A stretch of DNA of 64,000 nt from Yuukianura sp. NJ FZ-2021 (lineage: Eukaryota), in contig CM102290.1 in assembly GCA_046563655.1 (NCBI GenBank), positions 9,486,001 through 9,550,000 of the forward strand, given 5' to 3'. Position 1 is the first letter of the stretch. Each line of letters starts with the position of its first letter. This document shows positions 52,018-64,000 of the stretch, piece by piece. The notes beneath the pieces are model-generated. The model made no database searches, was not told the DNA's origin, and worked only from the letters and a program-made list of their open reading frames with translations. A program made the position numbers and the translations under genes.

Positions 52018-55000
52018 GTTCAATTGTCTTTCACATTATTTTCTTTTCCATTGTGTCAATTAAACTTAAATATCATACTTAACACTTCACTGTCACTTTC
52101 ACATTGTTCCGTTGACATTTCCGCGCCCACTGCCTTTCTCCTTCCGCTCTTATTTACCAAATCGGCGGAGCGTCTGAAGCCCTAGGATGGAGGCGGGAAA
52201 TGATTTATTTCCTCTCCAGTGTCAACACGTTTGAGATGAGTCAGCACAGGGTGTCTATTGTTAAATAATCAGACACTGGAAGTTGCACAATACACTTTCC
52301 AAGAATTTTTTTGACAATGGAATCACACAAGGATGATCCACCACAATCTCAAATTTTCCTCAAAAGTTTGTTAGGCTAGGTTTGTTCCTGCAAGGTTTAC
52401 TCCCTTACCTTAATTTCCTGTTCACAAATCAAAAGTTGGTACTGATGCTCGGAAGATACTGAAAGTTTGAACATAGCTCATTCATTGAGTTGGTGATGAT
52501 GCGAAGCACACGCGCACAAAACCAGGAAAAAGTCCCCTCACAACGTTTGGTGGTCAATGATGCCCAAAAGGTGTAAAATTAGACAATCCAAATCTCATCA
52601 AGCTCCAAAGTGTTCATGTAAGTTTTGCAACTTGCTATTTTAAGAGAAAAGTCTTTTCTGTTCAGTCTATAAACACTTTTGTCCATCAGTCCATCGTCGG
52701 ATCTCTTGACTTGAAGCAGAACACTATTTAGAAACAGAGTAGCATGTCAGCATGTTAGCTTTTGGGGGCTGAATTGGAGCACTGGGAAATTGGCTTTCAC
52801 TTTGCTATTTGGGTGCTTATCCCAAGGGAATCCTATCAGCGTCATGATTTCACCACAGCGGATATGTTAGGGTTCCAGAAGCAGTAACTAAACATAGACA
52901 AGGAGTTTCAGAATGGGTGAGAGTACATTATATTTCTTCTAATCACGACATCAAACAGACCAATAAAATTGAAAATGAAAGGGAACAATCCAACTTGTCA
53001 CAAAAAAAGTCCTGCTGCACTTTCGGAACAAAAAACAGTCAAAAACTAACTTCTTCATTTCAAAATTAACAAAAAATCAAGTTTGCAATTTTGGGTGACA
53101 AATTAATCAATTTTTCTTGTGTAAAATTCTGCTGAATCCACATTCAGTCAAAAGTAACTCTATCAGTACTGTAACATGAATCAGAACTGAATTTTCCAAA
53201 CGAAGAAACTCAATGTAGAGATTAACCGAAAGTTCAAGTGCTGCACAAGGTACAAACGAAGGGAAGATAATTTCGGCAACGCGAAATTTGTGATTACACA
53301 TTGGAAATATGTTGGCATGGGTTCCTTGGCTTCTGAATTGAATGAATCTCAATAGGAACTTGATAAATGTGAATGGCCTATTGTCAGTTTTAAATTTACA
53401 ATTGTCACGTCAGAAGATGAGGTTTTTCAGTCTCCAATGTAAAATAAAACTCTTTCGGACTCTTTATAACATTTCTTTTCTATTTTGGAAGCTATTCTAA
53501 CAAGAATTATTATGTTTTAGACAAAAAGTACAGTGACGCCGCTTGACAATCCTAGATTGATCTCAAGAGCAGACTTTTGTATTAGTTCAACTATTGAACT
53601 TGCAAATCAAATTGGAGCATTTTTCACAAACCGAACATTTGTTTCTGTGTTAAATTAGATCTGTAAAACTAGAAATTTTCTTGGGCAATGCTTGTTAACT
53701 AAAAATTTCTATTTCCATTTATCACAAAAAAGGTAAGCGTACAACGGGTTTGTTATTCTGAAAGTTTATTGCATTTTGTTTTGAAAAAAAAAATGAATGG
53801 CGTCTGAGAAGGTACTTGACGCCGATTTTGTGGCGGCATAGTTTGACTCGTAATGAAAGTAATAATGGAAATGCATGACCTTCCGTTGTGAGGTCAGCTG
53901 CAGAAATATCCGCCTAAAGTTGAACAGGAAATCCAAACTTAAGTACCTGATAAATTTTTAATTTTCTGTTTATACTTGACCTCCAAATGTATTTTTAGGC
54001 ATTTACTCTGTTTACTTTTCCCACTACTTGATTACAAGAAGGACGCAGGACGAGTCTGGCAAAAAAGAAGTACTTTTTACTTATACACGACACAACTTTA
54101 GCTCAAGTGGACAGAAAATTGTCCCATTGTGACCAAATTTTTACATTTGTATGTCTTTACTCTATGCCTCATGTTTTGTTAACTAAAACTAATTTCGTCC
54201 GGTCGCTATTGAAGTACAGTCATTGGTACGTACGCAGTTCTGAGCATGCACAATATCTGCGACTCAATGCACTGAAAGAAAACAAGCATTTACTTTTCAA
54301 TTTTTTAAAGCTTTCTGACCCAAAAAAAATTAGCTACTTGTGTAAAAGTGAAAAATTTTATGCAAGGAATAACTTTTTATTAGTTTGATCTCTATTATGT
54401 TAGTGTACACGACTAGGATTTATTCTTTAGGTAGCATTGTCAGAGTGCTAAACAATTGTAAAATTGAGAAAGTTCACTCAAAAAAGTTCCATTTAGAGTT
54501 ACCTGGTGGAACAGAAGTTAAACAAAAGTTGACCTTAGTAAAAGAACTAGTTGACCTCTTGAAAGAGTCACTTTTGGAACTACCGTAGGGTTCTCTGCAC
54601 ACTTTCTTCTGCTTTCCCTTTGTTCCTTTGTGTGGAGCTCCTTCTGACTCCTTCGTTCCACCGTGGCACTTCCACAAATAAATGGAACCTAACCTCTTCG
54701 TCTTCCGCTCTCTCACTTTCCAAACTATCCCGCTTTCTCCACTTTCCAGACTCCAAACGAACTCTACTAATTTACTAAACTTTAAACAGCAAAAAAACTC
54801 ATCACCAATCTTTCAACTGCCTCTTTCAATCAAACTCAGAACTTACAATTTTGGTTTCTTTTCGAAACTAAAACAATCCAATAACCGAAAAAAACGAAGT
54901 TCGTACCGCCAGAATATGAAGTGAACGAAACTTCTAAGTTAACGATACTGCAACTGCAAAACTGCAATAGTTTTTTTTTGTAAAGAAAGGGCAGAACTCT

Positions 55001-56056
55001 TTTCTATTCCGTATCTGAGCATCTGACGATCTTAAATCCGTTGAGTTAGTGTTTTTATTAAAAAAAAATCAAACAATATTTTGGAAAATTTCAATTTCTC
55101 ATGACTGAAGAAGTTACATTTTAGAGATTTTCTTAGCCCAATCCTGACATTTTCCGAAGTAATACAGCAAATACGAAAATTTTAACTTCTCTTAAGTTCG
55201 GGAAATTACGTTTTAGTGTCTTCCAGACAGATACGCCGTTACAGTTGTGGAATTACCCCTTACCTGTAACTCCTCTTTCACTGTGTAATAGATTTAATTA
55301 TTAGTATTATTAATTATTAAATTATTTACAAGGACGCAATATAAGAATAATTTGCGGTGGGAAAAATTGTGACAATTTTGACCTGCAACTGATTTTAGCA
55401 CGAGAAAATGGAACAAACAAAGGGTCAGAAATAGAACATGAAACTATTTTAGGAAAACTTGAAGTAGACTTTAAGGTATACAAAAAAATATCTGTCAAGT
55501 TTTCTGTTTTTACATTTGTCAGAAAAAGTTTTATATTCGAAATATCCAGTTTTTTGAAATTGAAATAAAAAAAGAATAAGATGGGCTTTTTGTATCTTTT
55601 GAATCAAATTTTAAAAATTGCTTCAGGCGTCAAAACCTAATGGCAAAGGATGTTTGTTCCAGACGGTACGACTCAAAGCTTTTGAAGTTGCAGTAAGATT
55701 ATTAAAAGCAACTAACGTTGAAGAGAGAAAAACTTGCCTTTGTAGTAGATTTTGGAAAACAGGAAATTATATTTGCACAAGTAAAGGATCTTACAGGTCA
55801 TAATTCTAGTCGAAAAGTCATATAAGCAAAAGTTGACTGTTAGCACTTTATAATTTTAACTTACAGTTAGAAGACAATACTTGTTTGCAACAATTTCAGC
55901 TGCACTTAGACTAGCTTAAATTTTAAAGAGCAAGTTAAAAAAAAACTAACCAAAAAATGTGAATCGTTGGACTTATTAAGTTACTGTTACAATTTTTTAT
56001 GTCAAATTTTTTATATCAATTCGTTTTCCCCCATCATTTCAATTGCAATTAAGAGT

Positions 56057-56137
56057 TTTCAATTACAATTTCAATTACACGTTTTCAATTACAATTTCAA
56101 TTACAAGTTTTCAATTACAATTTCAATTATAAGTTTT
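56057..56137. repeat. Short AT-rich tandem repeat, ~26-bp unit x3
   Basis: Unit GTTTTCAATTACAATTTCAATTACAA, built from TTTCAATTACAA subunits. Confidence 0.75.
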
Positions 56138-59100
56138 ACACATGATAAATTTAGTTATCCGTTGAAAAGAAATTTGAAACTTGGCATAAGGCAAGGGGCA
56201 AACGAGAAAACATTGTTGGGGGAGGTGTTAACTACTTTTGACACTCCCAATGCCATTAGCTCGTGACATGGCGCCCGCATCTGGATAACTGCTCTCTAAA
56301 ATAGATTCCACAGACGCAGGAGTAAATCTTTATCTCCGTTTGAAATTGTGGTAGATGAGTATTCGGCGCTTTCTCCTAGAACACAATGCAGGATTTGGTA
56401 CCAATTGCATCGAGATTGCCTCATTGTCAAATCCAAATGACACGGGGAAAGGAACAAGCGCTTAATTTTTTTACATGAGGTTCAAGCCTGATTGCAGAGG
56501 AGACAACGCGTGACCCACATTTAAAAAAAATAGAACCTTCTTTCAAAAAATGAATGGAAAAGATTGATTTCATTTGATGAACACATCATCAAAACATTTT
56601 AGTGTGGTAATGATGCCAATCGGAAGACCAATACAAGTTTCCATTTTTATTCATTTCCTCCAAAAATAAATTTCTTCATGTACAATCAGACATTTTGCAA
56701 CTTTTTTTTTGAAACACTAAGTAAATCTAATGAAACAACAAAAAATGTTTCGGATGAAGTGGTTTACAAATTGCATATGGAATGATGTCACCATCTTGTC
56801 TAAAATGCAAATGCTGGAATGATGCATGTTAGCTTTGCATGATATGTTTCACTGTCAGTTTACATTAGGATTAAGGCCCTCCTGTGCTTCAGTTCTCTTC
56901 TGGATAATTTCTGAGTTTTGAAAATAAGAGAGACTTTTCTTCTTGAAAAAAAGACGAAATGACTAACTTCCTTCTATTTGATGATTGTGCTCAAGTACAG
57001 TCTGGCGACATCTTTCCCTTAGGCTGGGTTAACCAAACGTAAGAAAAACTGCCCAGGGACAGTAGTGAAAAGTGGATTCAGCAGACTCTGGTGACCAGTC
57101 GGGATGCTTTGACCAAAGTTAAGATGAGTACTAACTTTTACTTTGTTTTCAAAAGAACAAGGAAATTGGTCGTCTGTGTTTCATGATAAAACTTTGGTAC
57201 ATAAAGGACTTCTTGAAAAGTCAAACGTTTCGCGTCATGAATCCTGGCTTAAGCTTCAAATACTTTAGGAGCCCTTAGGTCAAAGTAGCCTGTAAGGGAT
57301 CTAAACACACCAACCTGACGAACATATCTAAACAAACCAAAACCCTACAGCAAGAAAAAATCAAATCCTTCTAGACTTTCATCCCCCTTGGGATGCCGTA
57401 TGAGCAACTTTTCAAACTTTTGTTTTTTTTTTAAAATAAGTGTTTATTTAATGAGTTATTTTAATTAAAAGGAAAAGTTTTGTAACACTTTTTCAATAGT
57501 ACGAGGCTGGGGATTTCGCTGAAACATTATCAAGGAATTGTTTTTATTTTCATCAACTTTCTCCGAGCGGTGAAAGGTGAAGTTTGTATATCCTCGGTGA
57601 AACGCTAGAAGTCGCTGGTGATGCCGATTGGATTGGTTTACTTTCTTGTTGGTCTACTTTCTCCGCATTTCCCAGATTCTGAATTTAAGTGAAATGAAGT
57701 TTTTCGAGACCTTGCGAATTGGTCATATATGTTTGTAAGAAATTTTGTGTTACAGAGTTCATGCACAATTTTTTTACACAAACGAATGAAAGTACTATAA
57801 TTAATTTTAAAATTAGAATTTCTAATTTTGACACAAGGCAGAGACGGCTCTTCTTTCCAAGTCTGCAAATGAAATTAGGTTTTTTCATTTTCAGATGCAG
57901 CAGCTGAAGAGCCTGGTCGATGAAAAGTCCTTTCTACAGAGCCTGTCACTAGCAAAGTTCAAACTCAAAAGATCAAAGCCTCCACTTTAAGTTTTGAGAA
58001 ATATTAATCAAAGTAGGTTTTGAAAATATTTTAATTTTATTACTCAAAGTCTGACTTTTCGTTTCTTTGAATTTTGTAACACCAAAATTGTATCACTGCC
58101 TCCCATTTGGTTTGGAAAACCAAACCAAAAAATTTACTTTCGTTGAAAAACTTTTTGATGGAACGCCTTGTATATCCACTTTATAATTTTGAAGATCCGT
58201 GTTGACTGCTCGATGAGGAAATAATTTTGAGCGTCCTCTTAAGTTATAATTTTATTAGACTGCAGCTTCTGTGGTTATTGTCTTTCCTTTATTAGGGGAC
58301 TAAAGGACTTAAGGCAACTAAGGCAGGGTGGTGGGAGGGGCCTCTGCATCATTCACTTTGAAATTAAAGGAACTCAACAGGATGGGAGCGGAGAATGTGG
58401 GTAAAATCCTTAGATTTGTAGAGATATTTGGTTCATTTCCTGCTGCTGTCTCTACAATTATTTTCCTCACGTCAACACACTAAACTGAACGGATGTTGCT
58501 GATTCTTTTTCCAGAAGGAGATTAGACGTCCCCGAGAGAACGCTCATTGTCATCAAGGAAGAAAGCAGTGAAGCGACGCTATTATTATTACCACGATGAA
58601 GACGCAGGCATATTGCAGTCTACGTTGATATAGAAAACTCACGTTACGGAGAAAACCAGCAGAAGCGTTATTCCAGCTTCAGTGTCCGTGAAGAGAGTTA
58701 ACAAAGGTGAAAGGGAGCTTTCTCTTGCCAACCGCATTAACTACCGAGTCATCTCTTATTCAAAAACGGCGCAGCATACTAATTACAATGGGACTTTGGA
58801 TGATATTTATAAAAAATTTACAAAGAAACGGGAGTAACGGTTTTCTCGGAAGTGAGATAAAGATCTCACAAAATTTAATCTTTCAGTGTTTTTTTTTTAT
58901 AGTATTATATTCACATAAATATTTATGCTCCCAAATCTACAAAAAAAAATGTTGGAATTATTATGCCCGCAGACTGCAAGACTCTAATCAAATCCAATTT
59001 TCGAAATTTCAATTCTTCAAAAATTTCAAAATTTTATGTTTAGCTACCAAATACCCTCCTGTTACTCTAAAGATCAAGGTCGTTGAAGGGTTGGTGAAAT

Positions 59101-62100
59101 TCAAAAATTTGTAGCCAGGGAATCTGGATTCAGTGAAACAGACGTTTTAGTTTTTGAAAACTATTACACGCAAATTCCACCGCAAAATGTTGCGACAAAT
59201 TTTAATTTATTGTTTTAAACCTTGGAAAATTTAAAGATACGGAGAAAGAATCTGGATTCACCACGTCCGAAGCAATAATATACTAATGTCTTCGTCTTTT
59301 TTGTAAAGAATAAAGGAAAATTTTGATGTAAGGGGAGATTTAATTTATGAACTCCTCGCGTATGTTTGAACTTTGACCTCCGTCTGACTTTGCAGCCGTC
59401 TTTCCATGCTCTAAGAAGATGTTTCGAACATGACCGAAGGTGAGTGATGGTGAATAATTTTTGTGGCGGTGTGTGAAGTAGTTTCAATCAGAGTTGCGGC
59501 AGTGGAAGAATCTTCGACTTCGGAAGGAGATCGTAACGTTGTGCAACTGAAGAAAGTGGAGCAGGACCACTTCCACTCCGGGAATTTGCCCGTCATCTTC
59601 CACTTCTCTCTGTTGTATCCATAGGAAAATCAATGAGGGGAGCGTGGAGCGCAAGCGCACAAATTTCTGTCCTATTTTTTTCTTTTCAAAAAAGTGAGGC
59701 CTTGTGCTTTTGCCAGGGACAGGCGTAGGAGAATCAACCAAAGCCTCCCTTATGTCCTTTGGAATGAATCCTGAGGGTACTGGGAAGGCTGCTGCTGGAG
59801 TCTGAGCTGGAATGACGACCGTGGACCACTACCATCGCCGTCGCCGTGTAGTCCACACTTCTACGGTGAAAGCAAGCGAGGACAGCAGAGAAAGTATAAG
59901 CGAATTTACCAAGTCTTTCTAGTTCCTAAACTCGTACTCCTCACCTGCCTCCTAGACGAACCACACGACGCTCACTTTCGTCAGCTTCTACATTTTGTCG
60001 CAAATTGGCAAAATCTTTACGTTTTGACGGAACTTTCTTCAACTTTTACGTTGTTTTGGAATTTGAACTTGAAGCATTTTTCAACGACTGCATTCACAGG
60101 TGAACTGCAACAAACAAAGGGAATTGTCAACAAAGAAAATGGGCCCCTTGAGGACTTGACCAAATCCAATTCTACGCTTCAACGGCACCACTTAAGGTAA
60201 CTTTCACTTTTTCCATTTTGTTGAGCTACGCTAGTAGGATTGTCATTGCAGAATCAAGGTTTCAAAGAATAAGTTGACCTGCCTCGAACCCATAACCTTC
60301 TACAGGTCACAAAGTTAGAAAAGAGCATCTCATGGAGAAAGTCTCAGCAGTTTGCTTGAAAGGAAAATGTCTACACGCTTAGGCAGAAAAGGCACGAGTT
60401 TTATATCAAGGTTCAACAACGCACTGGAGTATCGTAGTTTCTTATTAGTTTTTATTTCTCCTCTACTCACTAACAACTGCGTTAAATTTTTTTTTGGAAA
60501 AGTGCGAACTTCGTAAACTTTACAAACGTGACAGAAACAAACGGATTTTATAAAACGAAGCTCTAAATCACTAACTTACTTAGTCTATTTACAATTTAGA
60601 TAACCATGGGTATGACCTACATTAATTTTGTACAGAAAACAGAAAACTAAGGTTGTTCTAAGAACAAATCTTTTGCTGAAAGATGAAAGTTTTAGAGATT
60701 TTGTTTCTTAATCCTCAAGGAGCGCAACTGTAAGGTTGAGAGAGTAACTAGCAAAAGGTTCAAACAGTTTTAAAGGCAAGAAAACTTTAGTAGCTTGAGC
60801 CAAAAACATTAACAAAGTAAGTTTACTTTGTTAATTAAAGGGGCTCACAAGGAACTACTTACAATTATAATTATGAATGTTCTTTCCAATTACTCTCTCC
60901 CTTAGACTTTGTAATGAAAATGAAGGATTCGTTTAAAATTTAAACAACGACGGGTCGTTGGGTGGAGCTCAAGTGAGTTCCCAATGGTTATGCCTTGCTT
61001 TCTTTTTTCTTTTTGTGCCTCATCTCTCTGTTTTTCCTTCGTATGGCTTTGGCAAGGCCCAAAGTATGTCCAAAAGCTCTCACGTGTAAGTGGAATTTAA
61101 TTGACAATCCAAAGTGCAACTGAGTCAGCTCAATTGGCACTGAAATCGTGTCTTTCTACGGCCTTAATCTACAAGGTGCAGTACGGAACCGCAACTAAGC
61201 TCTAAAAGTTAGAGCCTGCGTCAATTCTGGAATAAATTTGGAATTCCCGCTGCATAACATATTGTGTATAAATTCCCGAAGGAATTGCCGTTCCAGGATA
61301 AATTTAGCATCCCGTTGAAATGGAAGTTGTTGTAGGAATTTGAAATTGTCCAAAAACATCGCTGCCGAATTTAGAATTCACCGCTGCATTACTTCGAAAA
61401 GTAGAAAGTAACATATACTTCGCTTATCTAAAAAAAACTATTTTAAGGATATCAGATTTATGAAAACTGGAAAAAAAATCCCCGCAGGGGAAAAATTCTG
61501 AGACGCCCTGTACAACTAGTTTCCTTTTTGGGCGTCTTGTGTTTGCTTTGCAACTTCGTAAAATTAGAAAAAATGAGAAGATGTTCATAAACTTAAGCTG
61601 TACTAGAAGCGATACCTTGAGCGTTTCAAATTAGACTTAAAATGAAAGTTGATTTACGTTAAGCATGCAACCTTGTGTGTGTTTCTGAGGAGAGGGTTAA
61701 GGTATCTGAGGAAAGCCGAAATTTGGAATTCCTGAAGAAAGTGGAAAGAATTGTTCTCCCTGAACCATTTTGAAGAACCTTACCTAACATTTTGGGAAAG
61801 ATCTTTTTCCTTGGGCTTTCTCTTATTCCAAGAATAGACTTTTCCGTATCCATAGCCAAAAAAATCAGAAAAAGTAAGTGAGAGTCTATGGTGCACAGCA
61901 GGTTATGACGCCTCTTCTCCACTCCTAAGCACCCAGTGACACGCTACTTGGATATCAAATGTTGTTTGTTCCAGTAGTGCTTATGTCCCGATTTGTGGAA
62001 TCCTTTCCCATAATTTCTTCCAATTTTACTTTTTTTCCTAAGAGAAAGTCGTCTCCACGAAATGTTTGTTTAAGACTTTCCAAAAACGGAAATGAAAGTT

Positions 62101-64000
62101 TGAATGCTTTGTTTGTTTTTGTCGGGAATTGAAAAAACGGAAGACAAAAAATTCATGTTGCAGATTTTTATGACTTAATTTTACGTCACCTCATCAAAAC
62201 TTAATTCTCGTTTCTAGATTTTTCCGAGTTTCAAAAAAAGTATCCCTTTGAAAAGAAATTGAGCTTTTGCTGGCAAATTACTTTTCGGTTCCATTGTGCG
62301 TCGTCTTGCGATATAATTTTTTTTGCAGATCCGGGAGTTTCTTGGAAAATGAAGCAGAATTTGAATAAGTTTGAAAATTTGTCTCATGTCTCAAGTCCTC
62401 TATTACTTGAACTTGACCTTCCTACAACCTCCTTTTTTCAAAGACGACATTAAAAGTTAAACGCGGGAGGTTGAAATGACAAGTTTGAAATCTATTTTCC
62501 ATTACCCTCCAACCAGAGCCATTGAACACTTCCCAAAAGTTTTGTCGAATTTGCGCAAACTTTCTTACTTGTCTCGTTGTCATATTTGACTAGAAAAGGT
62601 TGGAAAGTTTTCAACTTAATTGAGTTTCTTGTGCCTTCTATTGTGTTTAATTATCAATCAGTGTTCTGCTTAGCCCGCTCTTAGGCGGATTTTTTCAAAA
62701 TCATTTCGGAACCTGTTTAAAAAAAATTCTGCAAGTGAGGAATGGGTTTGCGTAGACTTTGTCCAACTTTAGTTTGATTTCTGTAAGTTAGGGTGATGCA
62801 TTGAATTGGGTCAGAGATCATCATCATGGATTGCGTGTCAGTGGCATGGTGGAGATTCGGTTGCATGTTGCTATTCCATTTCCACATCAAAGGGGCGTTT
62901 CGACATGGACGAGGGTATAGGGGCGGAAAACCTTCAAAATTTTGAACTTTGTGGGTATATTGCTTAGAGTGCTGATGGATTGGACCTGATCGCTCAACCT
63001 TTATCCACAGCCTCTGTCAACAACGCAGCGATAGTTTGTAAAATCGTGGGTAGTAAAAATTGCAAGCGTAGGCTGAAAATAAGGTTGAAGCTGTACGACA
63101 CTTCCTTAATACTGACTACACATATGCTTTGCCGTGATTCTGAAAAAAGTGATTGTAGAAATACTACTTCGTATTGCGCCGCCGTAAGAAATCGGGGTTT
63201 AGGAGGTGATGCAAAAATACTAACGCAAAAACGTGGGTAAAAACATCCTAAAAACTAACAGGTTCGGCAAAGCGTTTAATAAAAATTAGGCCAACGCTTG
63301 TCCAGACTTTTAAGCGTTGTAAAAATATTAATTTTTAAAATGCTTTTTAAATGAATCCCAACACTTTGCACAAATCGAGCAATTAAGTGAGAACTAGAAA
63401 AAACGGGTCTAAAAATCTAATTTTGGTGCATTATAGTCTTGTGTTTTTTAATTTTTTTTTTCACAAATTTCTGGATGTAAGTTGAATCTGTTCATGAACA
63501 AACAATCACATCCTACGCGACAGTTAACAATACTAGTACCTCTGAAACTTCTCGTAATTCAAAGAAATTTGTGAAAACGTGATGGAGACAATGACAGCTC
63601 GGTGACATGACAACATCTACACAATAGTGTCGCCCCGAGCAACTTGGTTTCCTTTCTACAACTTCATACAAAGCGTAGCAAACGATGAATCAAAGTCGTG
63701 AGAGCCAAATATTGATTTGAGTCACGCATTTCTAAACGTGGGACGTGTTGACCTCACGCAAGAAAAAAGAAGAACGTAAGATTCAGATCAACCTGCGGTC
63801 ACACGCATTTCATTTCCTTCCTTTTCATGCAACAGAGCATGAATCATCCATAATTCTTGGATTTATCCAAAGAAAAGTGTCACTCAAACAGAAAAACTTT
63901 TTTACATTTGAAGAAAAAGTCAATCATCTCCGATAATCAATCATTTTCCGGAGACATTCAATTAATTTTCAAGCATAATTTTTTTCTTACTTCTGAGGAA

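Noticed and set aside
51583..52023. Treating the 52017-51591 exon as a simple alternative first exon spliced to 36291
   Set aside because: The phase fits, but it would duplicate the DVFxGPxC motif. The exon at 49583 (APVARF...) is the natural continuation.
59215..59880. GC-richer block with several overlapping minus-strand ORFs
   Set aside because: No recognisable domain or consistent exon chain. It could be UTR or a decayed element, but I cannot support either.
61495..61512. Tc1/mariner-like right end TTCTGAGACGCCCTGTA and nearby imperfect direct repeats (~61225-61390)
   Set aside because: I found no matching left TIR, so the element cannot be delimited.

Overview
AT-rich eukaryotic genomic DNA with spliceosomal GT-AG introns, most likely an arthropod (inferred from the insect-like protein and tRNA sequences; the species cannot be determined). 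I rebuilt three multi-exon genes by hand from splice sites and reading phase. On the + strand are a GH27 alpha-N-acetylgalactosaminidase (4116-6603) and an AP-3 sigma subunit (7978-8857). On the - strand is a large natriuretic-peptide-receptor-like membrane guanylyl cyclase (9707-52017). The main observation is that this cyclase appears to have two divergent, mutually exclusive N-terminal modules. Module A has 3 exons (47568-52017) and module B has 2 exons (35896-37707). Each encodes a signal peptide plus most of the ligand-binding ectodomain, and each ends in phase 1 at the same homologous position, so either can splice onto the shared exon at 34460. A candidate 66-nt post-transmembrane exon could also give a cyclase-less, NPR-C-like form. 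The introns hold a tRNA-Asn gene, a 2.2-kb CCC-terminated transposon with a spliced DUF4806-like ORF, a hAT-type MITE carrying an 11-bp minisatellite, and several other MITE/SINE relics. Most short ORFs in the supplied track are spurious, and 52.1-64 kb has no coding sequence I can support.
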